Below, one piece after another: positions 35,472-45,961 of a DNA stretch of 64,000 nucleotides (the stretch's first letter is position 1; every line of letters starts with the position of its first letter). Under the pieces are notes generated by a model. The model had not been told where the DNA came from and did no database searches. It saw nothing but the letters and a program-made list of their open reading frames with translations. A program made the position numbers and the translations under genes. The stretch spans positions 5,746-69,745 of the forward strand of contig CAMPBO010000002.1 of assembly GCA_946638615.1 (NCBI GenBank), read 5' to 3'. This stretch comes from an uncultured Candidatus Saccharibacteria bacterium. Lineage in GTDB: Bacteria > Patescibacteriota > Saccharimonadia > Saccharimonadales > Saccharimonadaceae.

Positions 35472-35900
35472 ATGAAGATTTTATGGACCGATGGTAGCGC
35501 CGAGCCAAATCCTGGTGATGGAGGCTTTGCCGTAATTGAAGTCATTGACGGTGTAGGTAAGCCAGTCGCACTCGGTAGCGACAAAAACACTACCAATATC
35601 CGCATGGAAGGCTCCGCTCTCATCGCCGCCATTAAATATGCTGGCGAGGAAGGCTGTGAGATTCATACTGATTCTGAATTCTGGCTTAACGTTCTTAATA
35701 AATGGGCTCCTAGCTGGGCCGCAAACGGCTGGCAAAAGAAGTCTGGCCCCATCAAAAATCTTGATCTCGTCCAAGAACTATACGAGCTTTATCACAAATA
35801 TCCAGTCGAACTCATCTGGACTCGCGGTCACGTTGGCACCAAGTTTAACGAAATGGCCGACGAATGGGCAAACAAAGCCCGCCTCGGCACTACTTTATAG
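35472..35900 (+). CDS. rnhA: Ribonuclease HI
   Basis: TDGS..NPG.GG, TTNIRME, TDS, W.RGH.G..NE.AD. Confidence 0.96.
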   Translation: MKILWTDGSAEPNPGDGGFAVIEVIDGVGKPVALGSDKNTTNIRMEGSALIAAIKYAGEEGCEIHTDSEFWLNVLNKWAPSWAANGWQKKSGPIKNLDLVQELYELYHKYPVELIWTRGHVGTKFNEMADEWANKARLGTTL

Positions 35901-35965
35901 TATACAATCGGATTAACTCACTATAGTCAGTGGCAATAAATTTACCAAGCATAAGCAATATATAA

Positions 35966-35990
35966 GTGTCTACTTTTAAGGGGACAGTTC
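35966..35990 (-). mobile_element. Solo IS3-family (IS150-like) terminal inverted repeat remnant
   Basis: Minus strand TGAACTGTCCCTTAAAAGTAGACAC resembles IS150-group ends (TGAACTG..AAAAGT.AGACA); no transposase in window. Confidence 0.4.
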
Positions 35991-35996
35991 AAGGAA

Positions 35997-38348
35997 CTAC
36001 TTAACTATACAACGTACGCTAAATCCATCGCATCGGTTATTGTGGTTGCTAGGGATGATATTACTAGTATTCATGGCGAGGTTCCTCATGTTGTAGGTAT
36101 TATTCCAAGTAGAGGACCAAAAGTAGCCGCCTTCACCCTGATGGCGAGCCGAACCACTGTAGTAGGCCCCTGAGAGAGGGGTAGATAAGGCTCTGCGGAA
36201 ATCGGTGTAGTTACTGGAATAGGCTGAGTAGAGAGCTTGGTATTCACCGTCTGCGGTGCTAGTAGGCATTCGCCAACCTTTGGGGCAAATGTCTTCTTGG
36301 ACGTCTAGCAAAGTACCAGAGTTAGGGTCAGTCTCAGGACTACCAGTATAGTCTGTACCATTACCCCAGCAGTAGGTACCAGCACTGGCAGCACAGTAGT
36401 TATAATAACCGCCTACTTTCCAATTGTTAGCTAAGGCTTCACTGGCTAGTGGGTCACTACCTTGTGGGACTACGTCTTTATCGGCCAGGCTGATTCGTGG
36501 AACAGAATATTCATTACTACTGGTAAAGGTACCTACTCCTGCCGTGGGATATTGGTCAGTTGTAGTACCACCACCATTCTTTAAGTAATTTAGAGCAGTG
36601 TCACCGGCATTAGTGTTACCTTGAAGATTAGAAAGGCTCACAGTAGTAAGGTCTAGGACAAGATTATCTAACATCCAAACTCTACCGTCAGCAAGTTTAC
36701 CTACATGATAAGTAGTACCATCCCGACGATCCGTAAGAGTAGCAACAGTCCCTTCCGTGGTATTATTAACTATTGTATTATTAATATCCTGCATGTAAGT
36801 CAAATCTGAGAGGGTGCGAGTCTCTAAAATACAGCGTATTGAGAACCCGTACGCCTTGATGCTGTTGGGCACAAGGGCGATAGAACTATTGAAACCCAGA
36901 GAGTAAGCGTCCGACTCATAGTAGGCTGTACTAGACCAATAGTTGCCGGTCGAGCTACCATTGTCGAACGAGCTATTGTAGTAGCGGCTGGCGTAGACGC
37001 CATTAAATGGAGAGGCAGTTAAAGTGGCTCCAGTAGTATAAGTGCTTTTAAGAGTGTTGTATTCTGCTAGGGTAGGTAGTCTCCAACCTTTAGGACAGAT
37101 GTCACTGGTAGCATTTCCGCTAGATGGATTAGTACCAGCAGTAGCGGCTACGTAAGAATAGTAGGAATAGCAAGGTTGGTTTTCACCACATGTAGTGCTA
37201 TTACTATTATAGACGTAGGCAGTAGAGCCATCGTCAAAGCCACTAGTGCTAGAAGTTGGAAGAGTGTAGTTAGAGGTTACATTGGAATCTGCGCTGGTTA
37301 AGGTAGTGCCACCAGGAAGGTCTAGGTTCCTAGTCATCCAACAAAGACCATTAATGGTGGCAGTGGTGTAAGTAATACTTTTGTAAGAGGCTGTGCCGCG
37401 GTTATCATACATAAGTTTACCGCAATCTGCACTGGTGGCATTTTGGAAGGCCATTGCACTTACCTTACCTACCACTGTCACCGTCCCCTCACCCGTCACG
37501 GTGATAGTGGTAGGATTAGAAGTTGAGCTAGCTATAGATACATTACCCGTAGTAGACCAAGAATCTAACTCGTAGCCACTAGGAAAAGTCGCCGAGATGG
37601 TATGTGTACCATACTCAAGCTCTGGCGCGGCGCTGGAGCTAGTATAAGTAACACCGTCTACCACAATACTAGAAGTATTTACCCCAAAGGACAGATTAAC
37701 TGGGTATGACTCTAGGCTTCCATCCGCATTGGTGTAGTTGGGATGCACCACGGTGTATTTAACTTTACCTACATAAGTATCTGCTATTTGCGTAGGGTTA
37801 ACTGCTACAGCATAAGTAGTCTGAAATTCTGAAGACGATGAAACATTGATATCTCCAGTATAAGTAACCACTTTAGTGGCCACACTCGGTACCACATGGT
37901 AACCCGCATATGAACCGTTAGAATCACTTAAGATAGTAGGAGTGAAGCTACCGCTAACTGGGTTTAGCTTCATCGACCAGTTAGAAACAGAAGTATCCAT
38001 TGTAGTACCAGTCGGAATATTAAGGCTAGTAGCATTACCAATGAGATTAGTGTTTCCTTCGGTATCATTACTGTAGCCTACCGCATAGACCGAGAACCCG
38101 TTTCTATCGTTACAGACTATCGACACATTAGTGACGCCAATATTAGTTTTAGTAGTGCCTGCCGTGACGGTAGCATTGTGCTCACCGCCTGAGCCTACTA
38201 CACCCGAAATAGTACAGACATCTGGAACCGTAACCGAAGCGTCGGCCGCTATAGTGCTATCTGCATAAGCCGCTCCATTAAATATCAAGCAACTAATGCC
38301 TACAAGAAATATGCCTCCTAATGATATTATCAATCTGTTTTTAGCCAT
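35997..38348 (-). CDS. Secreted/surface protein with two tandem FISUMP (Fib_succ_major) domains
   Basis: Signal peptide; two copies of WM..NL..YY.Y.AA.AGT..ICPKGWR.PT..WSST..GFS.RC. Confidence 0.9.
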   Translation of the reverse strand: MAKNRLIISLGGIFLVGISCLIFNGAAYADSTIAADASVTVPDVCTISGVVGSGGEHNATVTAGTTKTNIGVTNVSIVCNDRNGFSVYAVGYSNDTEGNTNLIGNATSLNIPTGTTMDTSVSNWSMKLNPVSGSFTPTILSDSNGSYAGYHVVPSVATKVVTYTGDINVSSSSEFQTTYAVAVNPTQIADTYVGKVKYTVVHPNYTNADGSLESYPVNLSFGVNTSSIVVDGVTYTSSSAAPELEYGTHTISATFPSGYELDSWSTTGNVSIASSTSNPTTITVTGEGTVTVVGKVSAMAFQNATSADCGKLMYDNRGTASYKSITYTTATINGLCWMTRNLDLPGGTTLTSADSNVTSNYTLPTSSTSGFDDGSTAYVYNSNSTTCGENQPCYSYYSYVAATAGTNPSSGNATSDICPKGWRLPTLAEYNTLKSTYTTGATLTASPFNGVYASRYYNSSFDNGSSTGNYWSSTAYYESDAYSLGFNSSIALVPNSIKAYGFSIRCILETRTLSDLTYMQDINNTIVNNTTEGTVATLTDRRDGTTYHVGKLADGRVWMLDNLVLDLTTVSLSNLQGNTNAGDTALNYLKNGGGTTTDQYPTAGVGTFTSSNEYSVPRISLADKDVVPQGSDPLASEALANNWKVGGYYNYCAASAGTYCWGNGTDYTGSPETDPNSGTLLDVQEDICPKGWRMPTSTADGEYQALYSAYSSNYTDFRRALSTPLSGAYYSGSARHQGEGGYFWSSTWNNTYNMRNLAMNTSNIIPSNHNNRCDGFSVRCIVK

Positions 38349-38424
38349 TACTATACGCCTTTTAATTAATTGTTTCGCCTCATTATTAATTATATTAGCA
38401 TAATTGCTTTGGCTTGTGAATATT

Positions 38425-39006
38425 TTATTTTATTATTTTGTCAATGATCCCATAATCTAGAGCCTCTTCAGCGCTCATCCAGTTATCTCGGTCCATATCT
38501 TTCACGACCTGTTTCAAATCTTTGCCTGTATTTTTGGCAAAGATTTCCGCCAAACGTTTCTTCAGAAACACTCCTTCGCGAAGCATAATTTCCTGATCGG
38601 TAATTTTACCCTGCGTACCAGAAGATGGCTGATGAATCATTACGCGCGCATTAGGTAGACAATATCTCTTGCCCTTTGCCCCACACGACAAAAGCATTGC
38701 GCCCATCGAAGCCTGAAGTCCAATTCCAATCGTTTCTACATCTGGCTCGATATAGTTCATTGTATCAATAATTGCTAATCCATCATACACACTTCCGCCT
38801 GGCGAATTGATATATAGCTTAATTGGTTTTTTTGAATCTTCATGTGCGAGATATAATAGCTGTGCAATCACGAGATTCGCTGTATGCGAATTCACTTCTT
38901 CCCCAAGAAAGATAATTCGATCATTCAAAAGCCTTGAATAAATATCAAAAGCTCGCTCGCCTTTGTTGGTTTCTTCTATTACTGTTGGTACTAAGTAATC
39001 TTTCAT
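38425..39006 (-). CDS. clpP: ATP-dependent Clp protease proteolytic subunit
   Basis: [30 protein letters not shown]. Confidence 0.98.
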   Translation of the reverse strand: MKDYLVPTVIEETNKGERAFDIYSRLLNDRIIFLGEEVNSHTANLVIAQLLYLAHEDSKKPIKLYINSPGGSVYDGLAIIDTMNYIEPDVETIGIGLQASMGAMLLSCGAKGKRYCLPNARVMIHQPSSGTQGKITDQEIMLREGVFLKKRLAEIFAKNTGKDLKQVVKDMDRDNWMSAEEALDYGIIDKIIK

Positions 39007-39025
39007 AATTCTCCTTTATATTTGC

Positions 39026-39097
39026 TGACGGGTCCTGCCGCCGCATTTTCCCCCGCGCGCGCTGGCGCGGGGGACCCCCAAGCGGCGTCACCCGTCA
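39026..39097. repeat. GC-rich nested inverted repeat (REP-like) between clpC and clpP
   Basis: TGACGGGT/ACCCGTCA, GCCGC/GCGGC, TCCCCCGCGC/GCGCGGGGGA. Confidence 0.7.
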
Positions 39098-41557
39098 TGT
39101 TAATTTAAGCTTCTTATTCACCAACCTCAAAGTTGGAATATCTCCTTTCTTTAACTTCCCCGCAATAATTTCCTCACTAAGTAATGACTCTACCTCATCC
39201 TCAATCTTTCGCCGAAGCGGTCTGGCACCATTCTTCGGGTCGTATCCCTCGCTAATAAGATACTCTTTGGCTTTTTCGTCAATCTTCAGGCCAATCCCCT
39301 TTGCTGCCAAACGTTTTTTTAGATCATCAATCAAATTGTCAAAAATCCTCTCCACGTTCTTTTTAGTTAAAGCATGGAATACGATCACATTATCAAGACG
39401 ATTGATTAATTCTGGCCGCATCGCCTTTTTTAGAGCCTTCATTGCATAGGCTTTGTTTTCTTCATACTCTTCGGCCAAAGCTTTTTTGTCTTTTGCAGTA
39501 TGTGCAGTAAACCCAAGCTCAGATTCACGATACATGTCCGCCGAACCAAGATTGGACGTCAAAATCACAATTGTATTATTAAACTTAATTTTATTACCTT
39601 GTCCATCCGTCAAAACCCCATCCTCCAAAATCTGAAGCAGTAGATTAAACACGTCTGGATGAGCTTTTTCAATTTCATCAAATAATATCACCGAGTAAGG
39701 CTTACGACGAACCGCTTCGGTTAGTTTTCCACCGTCATCATACCCTACATATCCAGCTGGTGCACCCACTAGCCTTGACACATTATGTTTCTCGCCAAAC
39801 TCAGACATATCAATCTTCACCAAAGCATTTTCGCCACCAAATACTTCCCTAGCTATCACTCGTGCAAGTTCAGTTTTGCCTACGCCAGTTGGACCCATGA
39901 AGATAAACGAGCCAATCGGCCTTCTCGCGTCCGTAATACCAGAACGCCCTCTCCGAATTGCCTTTGCTACTGCCGAAATCGCCTCATCTTGTCCGATGAT
40001 TGATTTTTTTAGCTCATCCTCAAGCCCAAGTAGCATCTTCATTTCTGAACCATGTACTTTTGATACTGGTATTCCAGTTTTTAATGATACTGCTGTTGCT
40101 AAATTCTCTTCGGTTAATTTTGGATTTTCGGTTTTCTTTGCTCCAGCTTTTTCAAGTTTTTTAATTTCTTGCTCTAATTTTGCTAGCTCGGTTTTATAAT
40201 TTGCCGCCTTTTCATAATCTTCTTTTTCGGCCGCTTCGGTGATTTTATCCTCAAGAGTAGCTTTTTCAATTTTTAATTTCTTGTATTTACTACCACCTTT
40301 TTTATCTGCCGCCACTTTACAAATCGCCGAAGCTTCATCGATAATGTCTATTACTTTGTCTGGCATGAATCTATCATTGATGTATCTTTGGCTCATCGCG
40401 ATTGCCGTCTCCAAAATCGCATCTGGAATTACTACACCGTGATGTTTTTCATAATGACCTTTTATCCCCTTCAAAATCCGCAAAGTCACAGCCGCCGAAG
40501 GCTCTTCCACCATCACAGTCTGGAATCGTCTCGACAAAGCCTTATCTTTTTCAATAGTTTTGCGATATTCATCTAAGGTCGTTGCACCAATTAAGTTGAT
40601 CGAATTTCTAGCAAGCGCTGGCTTCAAAATATTCGCCGCATCCATCGACCCCTCACTAGATCCAGCCCCGCAAAGCAAATGGATTTCATCGATAAATAAT
40701 AAAATCGAATCATCACTAGTTGCTTCGTCAATAATTCCTTTAATTCTTTCCTCAAACTCACCACGGAATTTAGTTCCCGCCACAACCGATGACAAATCCA
40801 CCTGATAAATATGTTTACCAATCAAATTCCCCGGGACTTCAGTCTTAGCGATTCTCGTCGCAAGCCCCTCCACAATCGCCGTTTTACCAACGCCAGCCTC
40901 ACCAATTAGAACAGGGTTAGACTTGGTTCTTCGTGAAAGCACCGTCACTACTCGCTCAATCTCATTTTCACGACCAATCACGGCGTCCAATTTACCAGCT
41001 CTTGCTTCTTCGGTTAGGTCCTTACCATATCGACTTAAAAACTTCAGCGGAGTTTTCTTTAGATATTTAGCCTTCTCGGCCTTTATTTTTTCATCCTTGG
41101 TCTGCTCTTCCACCAAGTCCTCAATCTCATCCAAAATTTTTTCGTTATCAACTTTAAGACCGTTTAATATCAAAGACGCTCGTGAATTCGGCTGACTAAG
41201 TAATGCGTATAATATATGCTCAGTACCTATCACTCTGAGGCCTTGTTCTTTCACATAATTCTGCGCCATTCGAAGCGTCAAAATTACCGCTTCAGATAGA
41301 GACATCATTGCCATATCTGAGCCTGGAACTTCCACCGCAACTTTATTCAAAGCCTTTTCCACTTCCTCCAAAGTTGCCCCCTCATCTCGCACCAATCTCG
41401 CTCCAGTCGACGTATCAATCGACATCACCCCAAGTAATAAATGTTCCGTCCCCATATAACCATTATTGTATCTTTTGCTATAATAATCGGCTTTTTGTAA
41501 GGCAAACCTCGCATTTTCCGACAAATTATTCATAATTTCACTAAATTCTGCTTGCAT
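39095..41557 (-). CDS. clpC: ATP-dependent Clp protease ATP-binding subunit ClpC
   Basis: Clp-N repeats, [11 protein letters not shown] coil, [11 protein letters not shown] loop; start MQAEF. Confidence 0.96.
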   Translation of the reverse strand: MQAEFSEIMNNLSENARFALQKADYYSKRYNNGYMGTEHLLLGVMSIDTSTGARLVRDEGATLEEVEKALNKVAVEVPGSDMAMMSLSEAVILTLRMAQNYVKEQGLRVIGTEHILYALLSQPNSRASLILNGLKVDNEKILDEIEDLVEEQTKDEKIKAEKAKYLKKTPLKFLSRYGKDLTEEARAGKLDAVIGRENEIERVVTVLSRRTKSNPVLIGEAGVGKTAIVEGLATRIAKTEVPGNLIGKHIYQVDLSSVVAGTKFRGEFEERIKGIIDEATSDDSILLFIDEIHLLCGAGSSEGSMDAANILKPALARNSINLIGATTLDEYRKTIEKDKALSRRFQTVMVEEPSAAVTLRILKGIKGHYEKHHGVVIPDAILETAIAMSQRYINDRFMPDKVIDIIDEASAICKVAADKKGGSKYKKLKIEKATLEDKITEAAEKEDYEKAANYKTELAKLEQEIKKLEKAGAKKTENPKLTEENLATAVSLKTGIPVSKVHGSEMKMLLGLEDELKKSIIGQDEAISAVAKAIRRGRSGITDARRPIGSFIFMGPTGVGKTELARVIAREVFGGENALVKIDMSEFGEKHNVSRLVGAPAGYVGYDDGGKLTEAVRRKPYSVILFDEIEKAHPDVFNLLLQILEDGVLTDGQGNKIKFNNTIVILTSNLGSADMYRESELGFTAHTAKDKKALAEEYEENKAYAMKALKKAMRPELINRLDNVIVFHALTKKNVERIFDNLIDDLKKRLAAKGIGLKIDEKAKEYLISEGYDPKNGARPLRRKIEDEVESLLSEEIIAGKLKKGDIPTLRLVNKKLKLT

Positions 41558-41574
41558 ACCTCTATTGTAACAAA

Positions 41575-41601
41575 CTAGCACTCTCACGTCAAGAGTGCTA
41601 G
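41575..41601. promoter_or_regulatory. CIRCE operator (HrcA site) overlapping clpC promoter
   Basis: CTAGCACTC-N9-GAGTGCTAG vs consensus TTAGCACTC-N9-GAGTGCTAA; overlaps TTGACG-17-TACAAT on minus strand. Confidence 0.9.
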
Positions 41602-41662
41602 TTTACTAACTTTCTATTATTTTTTGATGTGCTATAATATTATTTAATAAAAGCGAGGTAAT

Positions 41663-43363
41663 ATGTTAAAAATCAAAGGACAAAAAAAAGATCCGATTGT
41701 TCCGCCAATCAGCATTTCAGCACTCTATAATTTATCCAGTTTTCGTCACTGGAACCAAACCGTCGTCAATCAGAAAGAATTCGACTTCACTCGTCGCGAA
41801 CTCAAAAACGACCGTAAAATTCTCGCCAAAGCTTTCTTACAACTTGGCATCAAAAAAGGCGATATTATACTTGTTGCCACTGGTCGTTCTATGTATGAAA
41901 ATATCCTAATTTTCCTCACCGCTAACAAACTTGGCGCCATCGTCAGTTTTTTAGACGAAAAGACTCCCCGCGACACATTACTTCATTACATTGAAGAGTT
42001 CAATTCTCCGCTCGTTATTACCTATAAATACACCGACAAACGCATCAAAGAGTTAAAAAACGACGCTAGATCCATCAAAAATGTCATCAACCTAGATGGT
42101 AAGCTTATCGATGATGGCAATATTGACGAGAATCAAGTAGAAGACATTGAGATGTCCGTCCTTGATCATATGTGGCTGGGCCGCCAAACCGTTCGCAAAG
42201 TCGCCGAAAAATATCGCGGTCGTGTTCCTAAGAATATCTTTGGTGGCAACAACGAAGCTATTATTACCTTCACTTCCGGCTCTACTTCTGGGCCTAAGCC
42301 GATGGTTTTCACCAACAAAGCCCTCATTGCCGCCGCACTTTTTTCCAAAGCTGCTTCTGGCATCAAAATGTGGGACAAAGAAATCAAAACCTGGTTTTCA
42401 TTTGTTAAATTCGACTGTCCTTACGGATTTTGGACCTCAGTCTTAACCCCAATTATCGGTGGCAGCTCTGTGATTTTGACCCCAGATTTAGATGAATCTA
42501 ATTTTTCATATTATTTCAGCAAAGACATTAACGTCGTCCAAGCCGTGCCACTACTTTTTGCCACATTACCTAAGGTCCTACCAGAAGATCAGGATTTATC
42601 GTCGGTCAAAATGTGCATCTCGGGTGGCGAACGTCTCGAAAAACAAGCCTCACTCGACATTGCTGAGTATTTCAAAGCACATGGTGCTACCGTCAAAATT
42701 TGCAACGGTTATGGCGTCGGTGAATGTCTCGGTTCTATCACTGTCGCAGTAGGTTCTACTTATCACCCAGACACCGTCGGACGAGTAGTGCCTGGCGCCC
42801 ATGTCATGGTCCTAGACCCCGAAACTGGCGAAGAGTTAGGCTTTGGTAAAACTGGCTTGCTTCATGTCTCTGGCAAACACACTTTAAAACGCTATTTCAA
42901 TCGCCCCGAACTCACCGAAGAAAAAATCCTCAAAATCAAAGGACGTAATTTTATTAACACTGGCGATCTTGCCACCGTTTCTGAAACTGGTTTCATTACT
43001 CTAGTTGGCCGCGCCACTTTCTTTATTAACACTGTCCCAGCCAAGGTCTACTATGAAGTTGTCCGTGCCGCTGTTGCCAGAAACGAAGTCGTCAAAAGTT
43101 GTTATGTCGTTAAAATGCCCGACCGAAAGCTCGGTTGGGCATCTTGCGCCTTCGTTGTATTAAAAGAAGGTGTCGGTAAAAATAACGAAACCCGTCGCAA
43201 AATCGCCAAAGATGCCACCGAGCCTTTTTACATCGGCAAACGCCGCATCGCCTTAAAAGATTACGAAATCCCCCGTCGCGTAGTTTTCCTAGACGAATTG
43301 CCACTTACTCGTGCCAGCAAAACCGATTTTAGAAAACTTGAAAAAATGGCTAAAGAGCTATAA
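41663..43363 (+). CDS. Class I adenylate-forming enzyme (acyl-CoA synthetase-like)
   Basis: FTSGSTSGPK, NGYGVGE, TGDL, GR, LPLT..KTD. Confidence 0.92.
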   Translation: MLKIKGQKKDPIVPPISISALYNLSSFRHWNQTVVNQKEFDFTRRELKNDRKILAKAFLQLGIKKGDIILVATGRSMYENILIFLTANKLGAIVSFLDEKTPRDTLLHYIEEFNSPLVITYKYTDKRIKELKNDARSIKNVINLDGKLIDDGNIDENQVEDIEMSVLDHMWLGRQTVRKVAEKYRGRVPKNIFGGNNEAIITFTSGSTSGPKPMVFTNKALIAAALFSKAASGIKMWDKEIKTWFSFVKFDCPYGFWTSVLTPIIGGSSVILTPDLDESNFSYYFSKDINVVQAVPLLFATLPKVLPEDQDLSSVKMCISGGERLEKQASLDIAEYFKAHGATVKICNGYGVGECLGSITVAVGSTYHPDTVGRVVPGAHVMVLDPETGEELGFGKTGLLHVSGKHTLKRYFNRPELTEEKILKIKGRNFINTGDLATVSETGFITLVGRATFFINTVPAKVYYEVVRAAVARNEVVKSCYVVKMPDRKLGWASCAFVVLKEGVGKNNETRRKIAKDATEPFYIGKRRIALKDYEIPRRVVFLDELPLTRASKTDFRKLEKMAKEL

Positions 43364-43375
43364 AATTAACTCATT

Positions 43376-44206
43376 ATGATTACAAAAGCTATTATACCAG
43401 TCGCTGGTTGGGGTACCAGACGACTTCCAATCACTAAAATCATCGAAAAATCCATGCTCCCAGTCGGCAATCGCCCACTAGTAGATTATTCCGTTCAGGA
43501 ACTAATCAAGGCTGGGGTCAAAGACATTTACATGGTTATATCAAATGTCGAACCATGCCAAGTCCAAGAGTTTTATAAGGATAATCTTGCTCTCAATCAA
43601 TATTTAATTGATCGCGGCAAAGAAGATCGTCTAAAACTCGCCAAAACTTTACCCGACGATGTTACTATCCACTACACCGTCCAAGACCCAGCCGCCAAGT
43701 ACGGTACCGCCGTCCCTATTGCCATGGTCGTCAAAGAATACAACATAAACGAACCCGTGCTCGTATTTATGGGCGACGATTTCATCTGGAATCCTAATGG
43801 CAAATCTGCCGCCGAAGCCCTCATTGAAGCCGTCGGCGACACGAATGATTCCGCTATTCTCGGTGTCGAAATCGAAAAAGACAACGTCGAAAAATACGGT
43901 GTTTTGTCCGAAAAAGACGGCAAGCTTATCGGTGTAGTTGAAAAACCAACCCCTGAAGATGCCCCTTCTAATCTCATCAACGTATCAAAATACATCATGT
44001 CTCCAGAACTCTTAAATCGCATCGTTAAATATGTTGACGAAAACGATTTTGGCCCTAAAGACCAAGAATATATGGTTACTGACCCTATTGATGACTTCAT
44101 CAAAGATGGCGGTATTATGCGCGTTGCACCTACAAATGGCGAATATCTAGACGGCGGCTCCGTCGAAGGTTGGCTCCATGCCAATAACGTTGTTTGCGGC
44201 AGCTAA
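43376..44206 (+). CDS. galU: Sugar-phosphate nucleotidyltransferase (UTP--glucose-1-P uridylyltransferase-like)
   Basis: KAIIPVAGWGTRRLPITK.I.K.MLP, VEKP, YLDGG. Confidence 0.85.
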   Translation: MITKAIIPVAGWGTRRLPITKIIEKSMLPVGNRPLVDYSVQELIKAGVKDIYMVISNVEPCQVQEFYKDNLALNQYLIDRGKEDRLKLAKTLPDDVTIHYTVQDPAAKYGTAVPIAMVVKEYNINEPVLVFMGDDFIWNPNGKSAAEALIEAVGDTNDSAILGVEIEKDNVEKYGVLSEKDGKLIGVVEKPTPEDAPSNLINVSKYIMSPELLNRIVKYVDENDFGPKDQEYMVTDPIDDFIKDGGIMRVAPTNGEYLDGGSVEGWLHANNVVCGS

Positions 44207-44221
44207 AACGCAACTTTCCAT

Positions 44222-44250
44222 AAAAAATAAGTCCTTTCGGACTTATTTTT
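44222..44250. terminator. Bidirectional terminator
   Basis: AAAAATAAGTCC-TTTC-GGACTTATTTTT. Confidence 0.8.
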
Positions 44251-45955
44251 ATTGGGAAGATTCTGCTGGTGACTCTATAGATGGCTCCACGGACGACATC
44301 GTAGACAGCTCTATTAGCGGCTCCGCCCATTCCTCAGGATAATCATCCTGCCCCAACATTACCGCAATCGTTGATGCTAAATTTTTAAGTCCAGCATTTG
44401 GTATATTTGCAATTTTATATTTTCGACGATTCGCAGTATGATCATAAATAATACAGGGTACTTTATTGGTAGTATGCGCCGTTTTTTTCGCACCATTTTC
44501 ATCTAAAAGTTCTTCTGCATTACCATGATCTGCCACAATAATCATCACCCCACCCATTTTATCTACTTCTCCCGCAATTCTCGCTAAAGAAATATCAATC
44601 GCTTCCATTGCTACGATTGTAGCCTCCATATCGGCTGTATGTCCCACCATATCACCACCTGGAAAATTCAATCTCACAAATTTATATTTTGGTAAATTTT
44701 TAATTACCTCATCAGCAATTTCTGCGGTTTTCATCCATGGCCGCGTCTCAAACGGAACCGTATCAGATTCAATCTCGATGAATTCCTCATGTGGAGCTTT
44801 TTCATAACTATTACCATTAAAATAATATGTTATGTGACCAAATTTCACTGTCTCCGAAACCGCCAATTCACTTACGCCTCGCTCACTTAGGAAACGGTTC
44901 AATGTCATCATAGCACCACCTGGCTGAACCAATCGATGCTCTGGAACATGTGTATCTGAATTGTATTCTGTCATACCTACGAAATACACATCATCGGGCG
45001 TATAACCACCACGATTAAAATATGGAAAATCCCAATAAGTAAACGCCTGTGCTATTTCGATCGCTCGATCCGCTCTAAAATCAAAGTAAATCAATCCGTC
45101 ACCTTTTTCAATCTTACCCACCGGTTGATCTTTTCCATCTACCACTACAAAAGCTGGTAAATCTTGATCTTGTACTTTTGGGTTTAATCGCCTAAGAGTT
45201 GCTATACCTTCCTCCGCTGATTTAAAATAATAGTCTGCCTCTCCATTCACCATCATATCCCAACCTCTAGCTACTACCGACCAATCATTTTCATATCTAT
45301 CCGCTACCGTCGTCATACGTCCACCACCTGAAGCAATTTTAATATCCGCACCTGGAAATTTAGCTACAAAAGTTTCAAATCTTCTAATGAATTTCGGTTC
45401 AGATTGTGGAGGTACATCCCGACCATCAAAAATCGCATGTACCCGTATTCTCCGAATACCTTCTATATATGCCTGTTCAATCATCTGTTCTAGATGGGAA
45501 ATGTGACTATGTACACCACCATCCGAGAAAATACCTGCAAAATGCAAAGTTGCAGGTGTTATCTTCTCATTATACCACAAATCTTTTGAATTGTCAATCA
45601 TAGCCACTTTACTAGACTCGTGTAAAATTCTTGTAATAACACTTCGCCAAGCCTCAGAGTTAAAAATTTCCCCTGAGTTAAAGGCTTCTTCAATTCTAGC
45701 AATACCTTGTTTTATTGCCCGCCCTGAACCCATAGTACTATGCCCAACTTCGGAATTACCCATCTGCCCAGACAAAAGCCCCACCGCCTCACCAGAGGCC
45801 TCCAAAGCAATATGTGGACATTCTCTTGCTGCACGCCCCAAAAAAGACGTTCTTGCCTTGCTTACCGCATTGCCTGGTCCATCAGGCGCTAACCCTACTC
45901 CATCTAAGATGGCCAAAACTATCGGCCCATCAAACGATAATTTATCCATAACCAT
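44249..45955 (-). CDS. gpmI: 2,3-bisphosphoglycerate-independent phosphoglycerate mutase
   Basis: ILDG.G, GQMGNSEVGH, SDGGVHSH, DMVGHT, ADHGNAE. Confidence 0.97.
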   Translation of the reverse strand: MVMDKLSFDGPIVLAILDGVGLAPDGPGNAVSKARTSFLGRAARECPHIALEASGEAVGLLSGQMGNSEVGHSTMGSGRAIKQGIARIEEAFNSGEIFNSEAWRSVITRILHESSKVAMIDNSKDLWYNEKITPATLHFAGIFSDGGVHSHISHLEQMIEQAYIEGIRRIRVHAIFDGRDVPPQSEPKFIRRFETFVAKFPGADIKIASGGGRMTTVADRYENDWSVVARGWDMMVNGEADYYFKSAEEGIATLRRLNPKVQDQDLPAFVVVDGKDQPVGKIEKGDGLIYFDFRADRAIEIAQAFTYWDFPYFNRGGYTPDDVYFVGMTEYNSDTHVPEHRLVQPGGAMMTLNRFLSERGVSELAVSETVKFGHITYYFNGNSYEKAPHEEFIEIESDTVPFETRPWMKTAEIADEVIKNLPKYKFVRLNFPGGDMVGHTADMEATIVAMEAIDISLARIAGEVDKMGGVMIIVADHGNAEELLDENGAKKTAHTTNKVPCIIYDHTANRRKYKIANIPNAGLKNLASTIAVMLGQDDYPEEWAEPLIELSTMSSVEPSIESPAESSQ

Positions 45956-45961
45956 ATTATA

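Noticed and set aside
35997-38348. Complete DGR cassette in this window
   Set aside because: No reverse transcriptase, Avd or template repeat found here; only a possible target gene.
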